Assembly: GCA_963977015.1 (NCBI GenBank)
Contig: CAXBMO010000004.1
Location: 1-64,000 of the forward strand
DNA from: an uncultured bacterium
Lineage (GTDB): Bacteria > Verrucomicrobiota > Verrucomicrobiia > Verrucomicrobiales > DEV007
DNA: 64,000 nt
Direction: 5' to 3'
Positions 48,291 to 57,332 of the stretch are shown piece by piece. A program made the position numbers and the translations under genes. Numbering within the stretch: the stretch's first letter is position 1; each line of letters opens with the position of its first letter. The notes under the pieces are model-generated. The model did no database searches. It had not been told where the DNA came from and saw only the letters and a program-made list of their open reading frames with translations.

Positions 48291-49688
48291 ATGAATCCCA
48301 AGGCCCCCAGGCTGAATCGCCGCGAAGCCCTCCGCCAAGCCGGATGCGGATTTGGTTCACTCGCGTTGGCTGGATTGATGCAGCAATCCGGGTTTGCAGC
48401 GGCTGCCAATCCGCTCACTGCGAAAGCTCCGCATGATTCGCCCCGCGCCAAAAATGTGATCTTTCTATTCATGCGCGGCGGGCCGTCCCAGGTCGACACC
48501 TTCGACTACAAGCCGGAATTGACCAAGCGCCATGAAGAGGACCTCGGCGGCGGTCGGCGTTATTATCAATCGCCCTGGAAGTTCAAGCGCTATGGCGAAT
48601 GCGGACTCCCGGTTTCCGAACTTTTCGCCCACACCGCTCAACATGCGGACGATCTTTGTGTCATCAATTCGATGCACACGGACATCGGGAATCATCCGCA
48701 GGCGATTCTGCAGATGAACACGGGCAGCTTCCAGTTCGTGCGTCCATCCGTCGGTTCCTGGATCGTTCATGGATTGGGAACGGAGAATCAGAACCTACCC
48801 GGATTCCTCACCATCAATCCCGATTTTTCAGCGGGTGGCGCTCGCAAATACGGCTGCGCCTTTCTCCCCTCGGCGACGGCGGGAACCGCGATTGCCCCCT
48901 ACGGCGGAGGCGACTCCTCGATTCTCCCGGCTCGGCTCAAAGACTTCCAGATTCCCCATACCGAGAACGCGGCTTACGATCGGCGGCAGCAACGCGAACA
49001 GCTCGATTTCCTGCAATCGCTGAATCGGCAACGCCTGGAACGCGATCAGGCCAACCCCAACCTTGAAGGCATTATCCAGTCCTTCGAAACGGCGTTTCGG
49101 ATGCAGACGGATTTACCGGAATTGCTCGATACCGAGAACGAACCGGCCCACGTCCACAAACGCTACGGGATCAACGTCGAACCGACCGACAACTTTGGGC
49201 GCGCCTGCCTGATTGCGCGACGTGCGGTGGAATCCGGCGTTCGCTTTGTGCAATTGAATCTCGGTTTCTGGGATCAACACACCAAAATCGAGGAAGGCCA
49301 TCCCAAGCTGGCAAGCCAATCGGATTTGCCAATCGCAGGTTTGCTCACCGATTTGAAGGAACGCGGCTTGTTCGACGAAACGCTCGTGGTTTGGACCGGT
49401 GAATTCGGTCGCCCGCCGATCTACAACAAGAACAACGGCCGCGATCACAACAACCTGGGATTCACCACCTGGCTCGCCGGTGGCGGCACCAAGGGCGGCC
49501 TCCGTTACGGCCAAACCGATGAGTTAGGCTACAAGGCCGTCGAGCAGAAGGTGCATCTCCACGACCTGCACGCCACCATGCTCCACACCCTCGGCCTCGA
49601 TCACGAACGCCTCACGTTTCGCTACGGAGGACGTGATTTCCGGTTAACGGATGTTCATGGGCGGGTGGTGACGGATCTATTGGCCTAA
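48291..49688 (+). CDS. DUF1501 family protein (Tat substrate)
   Basis: NRREAL, AKNVIFLFMRGGPSQVDTFDYKP, GVRFVQ, WDQH, GEFGR, RLTDVHG. Confidence 0.92.
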   Translation: MNPKAPRLNRREALRQAGCGFGSLALAGLMQQSGFAAAANPLTAKAPHDSPRAKNVIFLFMRGGPSQVDTFDYKPELTKRHEEDLGGGRRYYQSPWKFKRYGECGLPVSELFAHTAQHADDLCVINSMHTDIGNHPQAILQMNTGSFQFVRPSVGSWIVHGLGTENQNLPGFLTINPDFSAGGARKYGCAFLPSATAGTAIAPYGGGDSSILPARLKDFQIPHTENAAYDRRQQREQLDFLQSLNRQRLERDQANPNLEGIIQSFETAFRMQTDLPELLDTENEPAHVHKRYGINVEPTDNFGRACLIARRAVESGVRFVQLNLGFWDQHTKIEEGHPKLASQSDLPIAGLLTDLKERGLFDETLVVWTGEFGRPPIYNKNNGRDHNNLGFTTWLAGGGTKGGLRYGQTDELGYKAVEQKVHLHDLHATMLHTLGLDHERLTFRYGGRDFRLTDVHGRVVTDLLA

Positions 49689-50173
49689 CAAGAAGTCGGC
49701 ACCTTCTGTGCCAGCTTCACGGAATGGGGGATCGCGCCGTCGACGAAGCCGAGGCATTCGACGGCTCCGCTTGGCTTGCCGGGGAGGGCGATGACGAGGG
49801 CGGTTTCGACGATGGCGGCGAGGCTACGGGAGAGAATCCCGTTCGGCGTGATGTCGAAGGAGCGCATTCGCATCAATTCGCCGAACCCGGGGATCTCGAC
49901 CCGCATGATGCCGCGAATCGCTTCCGGAGTGACGTCGCGTTCGGCGATTCCGGTTCCACCCGTCGTGAGAATGAGCCCACAACCTTGATCGCTAAAGGAG
50001 CGGATCGTCTGCTGGATCTTGGGAAGGTCGTCTGGCACGATCGCTTCGGCCAAAACCGACCAACCACGCTTCTCCGCTTCCGCTCGCAAGGCCGGGCCGC
50101 CGTGGTCTTCGTATTCGCCCGCGCTCGCGCGATCTGAAACGGTGATGATGCCGACTTGGATGCTGTTGCTCAT
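49685..50173 (-). CDS. mogA: Molybdopterin adenylyltransferase MogA/MoaB
   Basis: ITVSDRASAGEYED.GG, ILTTGGTG..RDVTPEA, IPGFGE, LPGKP. Confidence 0.88.
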   Translation of the reverse strand: MSNSIQVGIITVSDRASAGEYEDHGGPALRAEAEKRGWSVLAEAIVPDDLPKIQQTIRSFSDQGCGLILTTGGTGIAERDVTPEAIRGIMRVEIPGFGELMRMRSFDITPNGILSRSLAAIVETALVIALPGKPSGAVECLGFVDGAIPHSVKLAQKVPTSC

Positions 50174-50178
50174 GGCCG

Positions 50179-50634
50179 TTAATCGAGCGTTTCCTTGGTT
50201 TTTTGCAAGAGGCGCACCTCGCCGATTTCCATGGATTTGTCGATCGCCTTGCACATGTCGTATATCGTAAGCGCGGCGAGGTTCACCGCAGTGAGGGCTT
50301 CCATTTCGACGCCGGTTTGCGCCTTGGTGCGAGCGGTTCCGCGAATTTCGACACCGTCATCAACCAACTCGAATTCGACCTCGACGTGACTGAGCGGAAG
50401 CTGATGACAGAGCGGTATGAGCTGCCAGGTCTGCTTGGCGGCTTGAATCCCGGCAATCCGCGCCACGGCGAGCACGTTGCCTTTGGCGATGTGGTCGCTC
50501 TTGATGGCTTCGAGCGTTTCCGGGCGAAGGCGGATCTTTCCGGCGGCGATCGCTTCGCGCTTGGAAACGGCTTTGTCCGAGACGTCGACCATCGCCGCGG
50601 CGCCTTCTTCGTTGATGTGAGTCAGTTTGGCCAT
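50179..50634 (-). CDS. moaC: Cyclic pyranopterin monophosphate synthase
   Basis: LTH...G.A.MVDVSDK, ARIAGIQAAK.T..LIPLCH, TGVEMEAL, IYDMCKAID. Confidence 0.95.
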   Translation of the reverse strand: MAKLTHINEEGAAAMVDVSDKAVSKREAIAAGKIRLRPETLEAIKSDHIAKGNVLAVARIAGIQAAKQTWQLIPLCHQLPLSHVEVEFELVDDGVEIRGTARTKAQTGVEMEALTAVNLAALTIYDMCKAIDKSMEIGEVRLLQKTKETLD

Positions 50635-50813
50635 GTAAGGGCTAGGGTGCGTTGAAAAAATGGGACGGTCGCGCAAAAAGTCCTTAAACCTTGGAAAAAT
50701 CGCTTCTCTTTTTTCAAACGCCCCCTCACAGGGAGCCAACGCGGCAGATTTCCAGCCCTCGCGAGAATCCAGATTTGGAATCTCTAGAAGATGTGGGATA
50801 TTTACCAATCCGA

Positions 50814-51173
50814 ATGAAAATCCTGGCAATCCTCCCTCTCGTCCTCGCAAGCCTCTTTCTCAGCAGTTGCTCGAGCCCTCAAACCCAAACCGGGCTCGCC
50901 AGTTGGTACAGTGTGAAGACGAATTACGGGCGGGAAACCGCCAGCGGAGAGCGGTTCCGGCAAATGGGAATGACCGCAGCGCACAAGACCCTGCCGTTCG
51001 ATACGCGGGTGAAAGTCACCAATCTGAACAATGGGAAATCGGTGAAAGTGCGGATCAACGATCGCGGTCCCTATGTCGAAGGACGCATCATTGACCTGAC
51101 GAAAGGAGCAAGTCGCCGGATCGGGATGACCAACGACGGCGTGGTTCCGGTGAAGATCGAGATTCTGAGGTAG
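50814..51173 (+). CDS. rlpA: RlpA-like lytic transglycosylase lipoprotein (DPBB domain)
   Basis: Lipobox LSSC; GLASWY, TASGE, TAAHKTLPF, VRINDRGPY..GRIIDL. Confidence 0.9.
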   Translation: MKILAILPLVLASLFLSSCSSPQTQTGLASWYSVKTNYGRETASGERFRQMGMTAAHKTLPFDTRVKVTNLNNGKSVKVRINDRGPYVEGRIIDLTKGASRRIGMTNDGVVPVKIEILR

Positions 51174-51175
51174 GA

Positions 51176-51538
51176 TCGCTACGGCGCAAAGTCCGCGATG
51201 TTCCATGTCTCACGCAGAGGCGCTGAGACGCAGAGATTTTTTTGGGAACGAATCCTGAATCTTCCGTTGCGAGCGTTGCGCCGTCGCGTGAAACCACGAA
51301 AGGCTCGCCACGGCGCAAAGTCCGCTACGTTCTATTTCTCACGCAGAGACGCAGAGATTTTTGGGGACGAATCCCAAGTCCTCCGTTGCGAGCGTTGCGC
51401 CGTCGCGTGAAACCACGAAAGGCTCGCTACGGCGCAAAGTCCGCTACGTTTCATTTCTCACGCAGAGGCGCTGAGACGCAGAGATTTTTGGGAACGAATC
51501 CTGATTCCTCCGTTGCGAGCGTTGCGCCGTCGCGTGAA
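51176..51538. repeat. Three tandem ~119-129 bp composite repeats (BIME-like) between convergent rlpA and trpB
   Basis: Units start at 51176, 51305 and 51424. Each has ACGGCGCAAAGTCCGC, TCACGCAGAG(GCGCTGAG)ACGCAGAG and TTGCGAGCGTTGCGCCGTCGCGTGAAA. Confidence 0.95.
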
Positions 51539-51550
51539 AAAAACCGCGAA

Positions 51551-52774
51551 TCAGAATTCCAACTCTTCGCCGTATACGAAGCGAGCGGCCTGCGCGACGT
51601 CTTTGTCACCGCGTCCCGAAAGGTTGGCGATGAGGATGTCGTCTTTGCTCATCGTCGGTGCGATTTTGGTGACGTAGGCCATGGCGTGCGCCGATTCCAA
51701 GGCCGGGATGATGCCTTCAATCGAACTGAGGTCCTGGAACGCTTGCAGTGCTTCATCGTCGGTCGCGTATTCGTAATCGATCCGGCCCTGTTCCTTGTAG
51801 AAGGCGTGTTCGGGACCGACGGCGGCGTAATCGAGACCGGCTGAAACGGAATGGGTCAGTTGAATCTGGCCATCGTCATCCGCCAAAAGCCACGTCTTCG
51901 AGCCTTGCAGGACCCCGAGCTTGCCGCCCTGGAACCGCGCGGCGTGCTCGCCGTTCTTGATGCCATGACCGCCGGCTTCAACGCCGATCATCTTGACCGA
52001 TTCATCCTCCAGAAACGGGTGAAAGAGCCCAATCGCATTGCTTCCTCCGCCGACACACGCGACCAACAAATCGGGCAACCGCTCTTCGCGCTCGAGAATC
52101 TGGCGACGCGCTTCAATCCCGATCACGCGGTGAAAATCACGCACAATCATCGGGAACGGATGCGCGCCAAGGGCCGAGCCGAGAATGTAATGGGTATCGC
52201 GCGGATGAGCGACCCAATCGCGCAGCGCCTCGTTCACCGCCTCCTTCAGCGTCCGTTGACCGGCCGTGACCGCGCGAACTTCCGCGCCCAAAAACCGCAT
52301 CCGGGCGACATTCAACGCCTGCCGCGCCATATCGACTTCGCCCATGTAAATGATGCACTCCATTCCGAACCGCGCACACACCGTCGCCGTCGCCACGCCG
52401 TGCTGGCCCGCGCCGGTTTCCGCAATGATCCGCTTCTTGCCCAATCGCTTGGCCAACAGCGCCTGGCCCAGCGCGTTGTTGATCTTGTGCGCACCGGTGT
52501 GGAGCAAATCCTCGCGCTTGAGATAAATCTTCGCGCCGCCGAGTTTCTCCGTCCAGCGCTCGGCAAAATAGAGCGGCGTCGGGCGACCGCAGTAGTTGTG
52601 GAGCAACCCATCCAACTCCGCCTGAAACGCAGGATCGTTCTTCGCGGCCTCGTATTCTTCCGTCAGCTCCTTGAACGCCGTCATCAGCGTTTCGGGAACA
52701 AAAACGCCCCCGTAGGTGCCAAAGTGGCCGTGGGAATCGGGAACGGTAGCGGGATCAATCATTGCGGTTGGCAT
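51551..52774 (-). CDS. trpB: Tryptophan synthase beta subunit
   Basis: [66 protein letters not shown]. Confidence 0.97.
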   Translation of the reverse strand: MPTAMIDPATVPDSHGHFGTYGGVFVPETLMTAFKELTEEYEAAKNDPAFQAELDGLLHNYCGRPTPLYFAERWTEKLGGAKIYLKREDLLHTGAHKINNALGQALLAKRLGKKRIIAETGAGQHGVATATVCARFGMECIIYMGEVDMARQALNVARMRFLGAEVRAVTAGQRTLKEAVNEALRDWVAHPRDTHYILGSALGAHPFPMIVRDFHRVIGIEARRQILEREERLPDLLVACVGGGSNAIGLFHPFLEDESVKMIGVEAGGHGIKNGEHAARFQGGKLGVLQGSKTWLLADDDGQIQLTHSVSAGLDYAAVGPEHAFYKEQGRIDYEYATDDEALQAFQDLSSIEGIIPALESAHAMAYVTKIAPTMSKDDILIANLSGRGDKDVAQAARFVYGEELEF

Positions 52775-53022
52775 GGGCGAGGAAACTAGAGAGCGTTTGT
52801 GAGAAGACTCATCGCCGCCCCGCGCCATCATTTCCAGTCGAAAAAATCACTCGCCGCGCGCCTCGCTTTCGTCTTCGAGCGCCCCCCTGTCTGCCAATCG
52901 ATGCGCATCAACCCTATCAAGGGCTGAAAAATGCCGGTGCCATCAGATTCACCTCACTGTAATTCCTCTTGCAAACCGTAAAAATCCCGTTTTGCTAAAA
53001 AGCCTAACTAAAAATCCTAGAA

Positions 53023-53577
53023 ATGAAACTTCGAAACGTTGGGTACACTGTTCTCTTAATCTCCACCGTGAGTCTGGTCTCCTGCCAAACTCATGATCCT
53101 TACACAAACTCCACCCGTTACATGGGTCCGGGCGAAACTATCGGACGCGGGTTCGACACCGCCAGCCGCAAGATGGGCAACGCAACCCGCAACGCCGGTT
53201 GGTTCACCAAAAGCAAAGCCTCAAACGTCGCCTCACACGCAGCCTACGGCGTCGACTCCGCCTTGCGCAATACCAGCACCGGCGTCGCCAACACCACCCG
53301 CGAAATTGGCCGCGGCCTCTTTGGCTCCTGGCGGGGAACCAACGCCGCTCCTTCCAACCTGACTCCGGTCTCCGGCGTTCAGAGCTTCCGGCGGCTGAGC
53401 CGCGACGACGCCTATTCCGCCGGCTACTCGCGAGGACGCTCTCACGCCTACAATCGACTCAACGCCGATCCCCAAGGCAATGCCCGGGCCTCGACCGCAA
53501 CCTTTCAGCGATCCTACCAACGCGGCTATGTTCGCGGCTGGAACGACGCCGTCGCTGAAATGAACGCCGCGCTCTAA
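53023..53577 (+). CDS. Hypothetical lipoprotein
   Basis: Signal peptide with LVSC lipobox; Ala/Gly/Thr-rich helical middle; C-terminal Y..GY.RG motifs. Confidence 0.65.
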   Translation: MKLRNVGYTVLLISTVSLVSCQTHDPYTNSTRYMGPGETIGRGFDTASRKMGNATRNAGWFTKSKASNVASHAAYGVDSALRNTSTGVANTTREIGRGLFGSWRGTNAAPSNLTPVSGVQSFRRLSRDDAYSAGYSRGRSHAYNRLNADPQGNARASTATFQRSYQRGYVRGWNDAVAEMNAAL

Positions 53578-53678
53578 CGAGGCAACCGCCATCCATTGAG
53601 GGTTGGGCTGTACCAACCGCGATTTCGCAACCACGTTGTTGTCGTTGATCGGCGCGGCTGCTCCGTTGGCGTCCCTAA

Positions 53679-53876
53679 GAGCCGGAGGCTCACCCAGAAA
53701 ATCGCCGGTGGTGAAGCGCAGCGAAACCACCGGACGAATCGCGAAGACCAGTTGTGTCCCGGCTGGGACGCCAGAGGCCTTCTCGCGCACCTTCCGGCGC
53801 GCCATGTTCTCCGTCTCGAGTTCCCGGGGTTCCGCTGCGCTCCACCCCGCGCTACGATCGTTCGTCCCTCCGGGAC
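53679..53876. repeat. ~200 bp palindromic REP/MITE-like element
   Basis: CCGGTGGTGAAGCGCAGCGAAACCACCGG (53705-53733) inverted to CCGGGGTTCCGCTGCGCTCCACCCCG (from 53824); small hairpins GAGCCGGAGGCTC, GTCCCGGCTGGGAC and GTCCCTCCGGGAC. Confidence 0.75.
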
Positions 53877-53975
53877 TCGGGGAAACGGCGTCAGCTTTCG
53901 CCAATCCCAACGGGATTACTTGCGGACTCCTTATTTGGAGAGCGTTCCTGCGTTCAGTTTTGGCTCACCAGTTGA

Positions 53976-54896
53976 TCAGCCCTTGATCGGAATCCAACCG
54001 TGTCCCTCAAACTCGGCGGGAAATTCCCCGGGATGAAACAGCTCGGCCAAAATCCGGGTGGATTCCAACAACCTTGGTCCGGGCCGATTGAAATAGGCGT
54101 TTCCGTCGGTGACGTAGGCGCGTTGGTTGCGAACGGCTTTGAGGTCACTCCAACCGGGGCGCTCCGTCAGGAGGTGGATCTCTTCAAGCGTTCGGCCAAT
54201 GTCGAAACCACAGGGCGTGGTGATAATGAGATCGGGGTCGGCAGCAACGAGTTCGTCCCATGTCATCCAGGGCGAATGCTTGCCGGCAACGCCGAACAAG
54301 CTGCGGCCACCGGCGATTTCGACCAGTTCAGGAATCCAGTTTCCGGCGGCCATGAGAGGATCCATCCACTCGATGCAGGCCACGGTGGGACGTTCCTTCA
54401 GCTTCGATGAACGTTCGCGAATTTCGGCCAACCCGGTCTGCAACTCGGTGACGAGATCGCGGCCTCGCCCGGCTACACCCGCCGCGTCAGCCACACGCTG
54501 GATGTCGGTCCACACGTCGCTGAGTTCGTTTGGTTCCAGCGAGACGATGGCGGGTTGGGTGCCGAGCCAATCGCAAACGGCGGCTTCAACGTCTTTCAGA
54601 TTCACCGCACAGACGTCACACTGCGTCTGCGTGATGATGATGGTGGGATCCAGTTCGATGAGAACATCGCGCCGCACTTCGTAGACCGAAAGCGCGTCCT
54701 TGAGCGCGGTTTTGACGCGATCGTCGATTTCGCGGCTGGTGCCGTTCACGTCGATGCGCGGCTTGGAGCAAACGGCGAGTTCAGAGACGTTTCCCGGAAA
54801 ATCACATTCGTGGGAGACGCCGACCAACTCGTCGCGCAGGCCAAGGCGGCAGACGATTTCCGTAGAGCTGGCGATGAGCGAAACGATGCGGTTCAT
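53976..54896 (-). CDS. BtuF-like cobalamin/iron-chelate substrate-binding protein
   Basis: RIVSLIASSTEI, LVGVSHECDFP, TQ.QCDVCAV, EW.DPLMAAGNW.PE, PCGF, FNRPGPRL; no signal peptide. Confidence 0.85.
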   Translation of the reverse strand: MNRIVSLIASSTEIVCRLGLRDELVGVSHECDFPGNVSELAVCSKPRIDVNGTSREIDDRVKTALKDALSVYEVRRDVLIELDPTIIITQTQCDVCAVNLKDVEAAVCDWLGTQPAIVSLEPNELSDVWTDIQRVADAAGVAGRGRDLVTELQTGLAEIRERSSKLKERPTVACIEWMDPLMAAGNWIPELVEIAGGRSLFGVAGKHSPWMTWDELVAADPDLIITTPCGFDIGRTLEEIHLLTERPGWSDLKAVRNQRAYVTDGNAYFNRPGPRLLESTRILAELFHPGEFPAEFEGHGWIPIKG

Positions 54897-55540
54897 GCCT
54901 CGCGCACGACCCAGGCGTTGAGCGAATCACGCGACGTCGCGGTTCGGCGAATCCAGGCCCATGAGCCATAAAGGAGGCTTCCGTAGATGAGCGTGGAAGC
55001 CAATGATCTTCCGAAATAGGGAATCGCGTTCACATAGCACATTCCCAACCCTCCTGCGGTGAGGGGATAATGCATGGGCGGCTGGCTATGGAAAAACAGC
55101 CAAACCAGAAAGTTGGTGACGACAAAGAAGATCACTTCCGCCAGCAAACCTCCTCCCAACAAGACGGCCGGTCCCGACTGATGCCGCAAACGTCTCCCCA
55201 GCAGCAAACCGATGCCGAAACTGAGGTAAACGCCGGCCGAGATCCAGGAAAACGCGAACGCCGGGCCTTTGATTGCCAGAATCGCGAGGTCCGAGACCAG
55301 CATTCCACCAAAGGCAACCAGCCAGCCCGAACCGGCTCGCAAAAAGCGGCTTCCACCAAACAGGCAAAGCGCCATCACGGGAGAAAAGTTCCACGGGTAG
55401 GCGCCGAATTCCGGATCAATCTGCATTCCCAGGGCTTCCGCCAAATACGGCAGCAAGCGGACAAAGACGATGTAACCGGCAAAGGCAATCGCCATCCAAA
55501 TGGGTAACCGAAGAAACGTGGGGTTGGAATTGGTTGTCAT
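54893..55540 (-). CDS. DUF6580-like small membrane (putative transport) protein
   Basis: About 6 TM helices; NFSPVMALCLFGG, SDL, FFVVTNFLVW, GL..CY..AIPYF. Confidence 0.7.
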   Translation of the reverse strand: MTTNSNPTFLRLPIWMAIAFAGYIVFVRLLPYLAEALGMQIDPEFGAYPWNFSPVMALCLFGGSRFLRAGSGWLVAFGGMLVSDLAILAIKGPAFAFSWISAGVYLSFGIGLLLGRRLRHQSGPAVLLGGGLLAEVIFFVVTNFLVWLFFHSQPPMHYPLTAGGLGMCYVNAIPYFGRSLASTLIYGSLLYGSWAWIRRTATSRDSLNAWVVREA

Positions 55541-55734
55541 GACAAGAATCGGGAGATGAATTCGCAGACTGTGAACAAATCACGAATCGCCTCTTCTCCA
55601 AGTGCAAATTGCATCGGATTTTGATCGCGGAGCCCCCGGGCCCAATGGCCTTGCGTTCGTTTGAGATTCCCCTTACCGATGTATCCTTCAGTCCATTGCG
55701 CCCCAGTCGCGCGACTGACAATCTTCCCTGACCT

Positions 55735-56922
55735 ATGAGCCCCAAAACCGCCCTCTCCATCGCCACCTTGTTGGGAATTTTTTCCAGCTTTTCTCTGACC
55801 ATCAGCCATGCGCAACAGCGCCCCCCCGGCAATTCCCGATTTGCCGAGCTGGAGAAGCAGGCCATCGCGCAGCCGTTTGTCGGCGTTACGACCGATGGAA
55901 CAGTGGAGAAGGGACTGTTCGAAATCCAGTCGACCGGCGTTTCGACGAGCGAACTGGTGGAAGCGACAACGGTCTTTCTGGCAGCCCTCACCGACGAACA
56001 ACGCAAGAAGACGATGTTTCCGGTTGATGACAACGAATGGCGCCGTTGGGCGAATCAGCACAGTTTACCGAGGCAAGGCGTTAGCTTTGAGGAGATGAAC
56101 GAGGAACAACGCGCGTTGGCCTTCAAGATGATCGGCGCCGGTCTCAGTGCCCGCGGGCTGAAGACGACGCAGGATATCATGAAGCTGAACCACACCATCG
56201 CGGAAATTTCCGGGCGTCACGGCGAATACGGCTACGGGCGCTGGGCCTACTTCATCACGGTGATGGGCGAACCTTCAGACACGGAACCGTGGGGCTGGCA
56301 GTTCGACGGGCATCATTGCATCATCAACTACTTTGTGTTGGCCGATCAGGTCGTGGTGACGCCGATCTTCCTGGGTTCCGAGCCGGTTTGGGCAGACGAA
56401 GGCGACTATGCCGGGACAATCGTCTTGCAGGAGGAACAAAATGCCGGATTGGCCCTGGCGCAGAGCCTGACCGACGCGCAGAAGGCCAAAGCCGTGCTCA
56501 ATTCCGCGAAAGCCGGCACCAATTCCAACAGCGAAGCCTTTCACGACAACGTGGTGATCCCCTACGAGGGAATCCCGTTTTCCGAGTTGGACGACGCGCA
56601 GAAGAAGCAGTTTCTCCACCTGTGCGAATTGTGGATCGGCAACATCAAAGAAGGGCACGCCAAGGTGAAGATGTCCGAGATCCGCAAACATCTGGATCGA
56701 ACCCGTTTTGCCTGGATTGGCGGGATGGACGACGATTCCGTGTTTTATTACCGGGTGCACAGTCCCGTGGTGTTGATCGAGTTCGACCACCAACGTCCCA
56801 TCGCGCTGGACCGGTCGGGCCTCGCAACGCGCAATCACATTCACGCAACGGTGCGGACGCCGAATGGAAACGATTACGGCAAGGACCTCCTGCGACAGCA
56901 TCTCTTGGACCATCCGCATTGA
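55735..56922 (+). CDS. DUF3500 domain protein, secreted
   Basis: FL..L..EQR, LS.RG, GEPS...PWGWQFDGHH..IN, TP.FLGSEP, YYRVHSP..LIEFDHQ, HIH...RTPNGNDYG. Confidence 0.88.
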   Translation: MSPKTALSIATLLGIFSSFSLTISHAQQRPPGNSRFAELEKQAIAQPFVGVTTDGTVEKGLFEIQSTGVSTSELVEATTVFLAALTDEQRKKTMFPVDDNEWRRWANQHSLPRQGVSFEEMNEEQRALAFKMIGAGLSARGLKTTQDIMKLNHTIAEISGRHGEYGYGRWAYFITVMGEPSDTEPWGWQFDGHHCIINYFVLADQVVVTPIFLGSEPVWADEGDYAGTIVLQEEQNAGLALAQSLTDAQKAKAVLNSAKAGTNSNSEAFHDNVVIPYEGIPFSELDDAQKKQFLHLCELWIGNIKEGHAKVKMSEIRKHLDRTRFAWIGGMDDDSVFYYRVHSPVVLIEFDHQRPIALDRSGLATRNHIHATVRTPNGNDYGKDLLRQHLLDHPH

Positions 56923-57332
56923 TTTTGCGGAACCACTCGGCACAGAATCTACAATCCACCTTTTTCTTGGCGGAGTAGAATCTCAAAGGCCGGAGGTATC
57001 GGGTGAACTCCGCGCGTTTCAGAACCGCTCCCCAACTCGAGAGAAGCCGTTTGAGAAAACTCCAGGAAATTCATAAGACTCTTCCGGGAACGGCTGTCAT
57101 TGGTGTCTCATGGCTGAAACCCCTCCAGCGCCCGAATCTCACGCCCCCGTTGTCAGGGGGGTGATCAACCCCGTAATTTTGAGGAGTTTCCGGAATGGGG
57201 CGGTCACATTGCGCGTTTTCAGATTCTGAGTTTTCGGCGACGCCATGCCCGGGATCGCGTCATGCTGAGTCGGCGGGCAGCCAAATTTTAAAAGCGAATC
57301 AAGTGGGAATTAACAACAATAGTAACAATAGA

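Noticed and set aside
50635-50850. N-terminal extensions given by the ORF track for moaC, and likewise for mogA, rlpA, the sulfatase, PSD1, GT2 and the TIGR04396-like gene
   Set aside because: The extensions overlap neighbouring genes or precede the family N-terminus or signal peptide, so downstream starts were used.
51176-51538. CRISPR array
   Set aside because: Whole units are near-identical with no unique spacers, and there are no cas genes in the window.
51198-51844. ORFs across the tandem repeat (51198-51410, 51242-51844)
   Set aside because: They are translations of the repeat DNA and of the trpB antisense strand.
53233-54036. ORFs spanning the palindromic element
   Set aside because: They are overlapping, motif-less frames over a non-coding repeat.
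55541-55734. Cobalamin riboswitch upstream of the DUF6580/BtuF-like pair
   Set aside because: Only fragments are present (AAGGGGAA, GCCATTGGG, a CATCGG/CCGATG stem) and I see no recognisable B12 box. An Infernal/Rfam scan would settle it.
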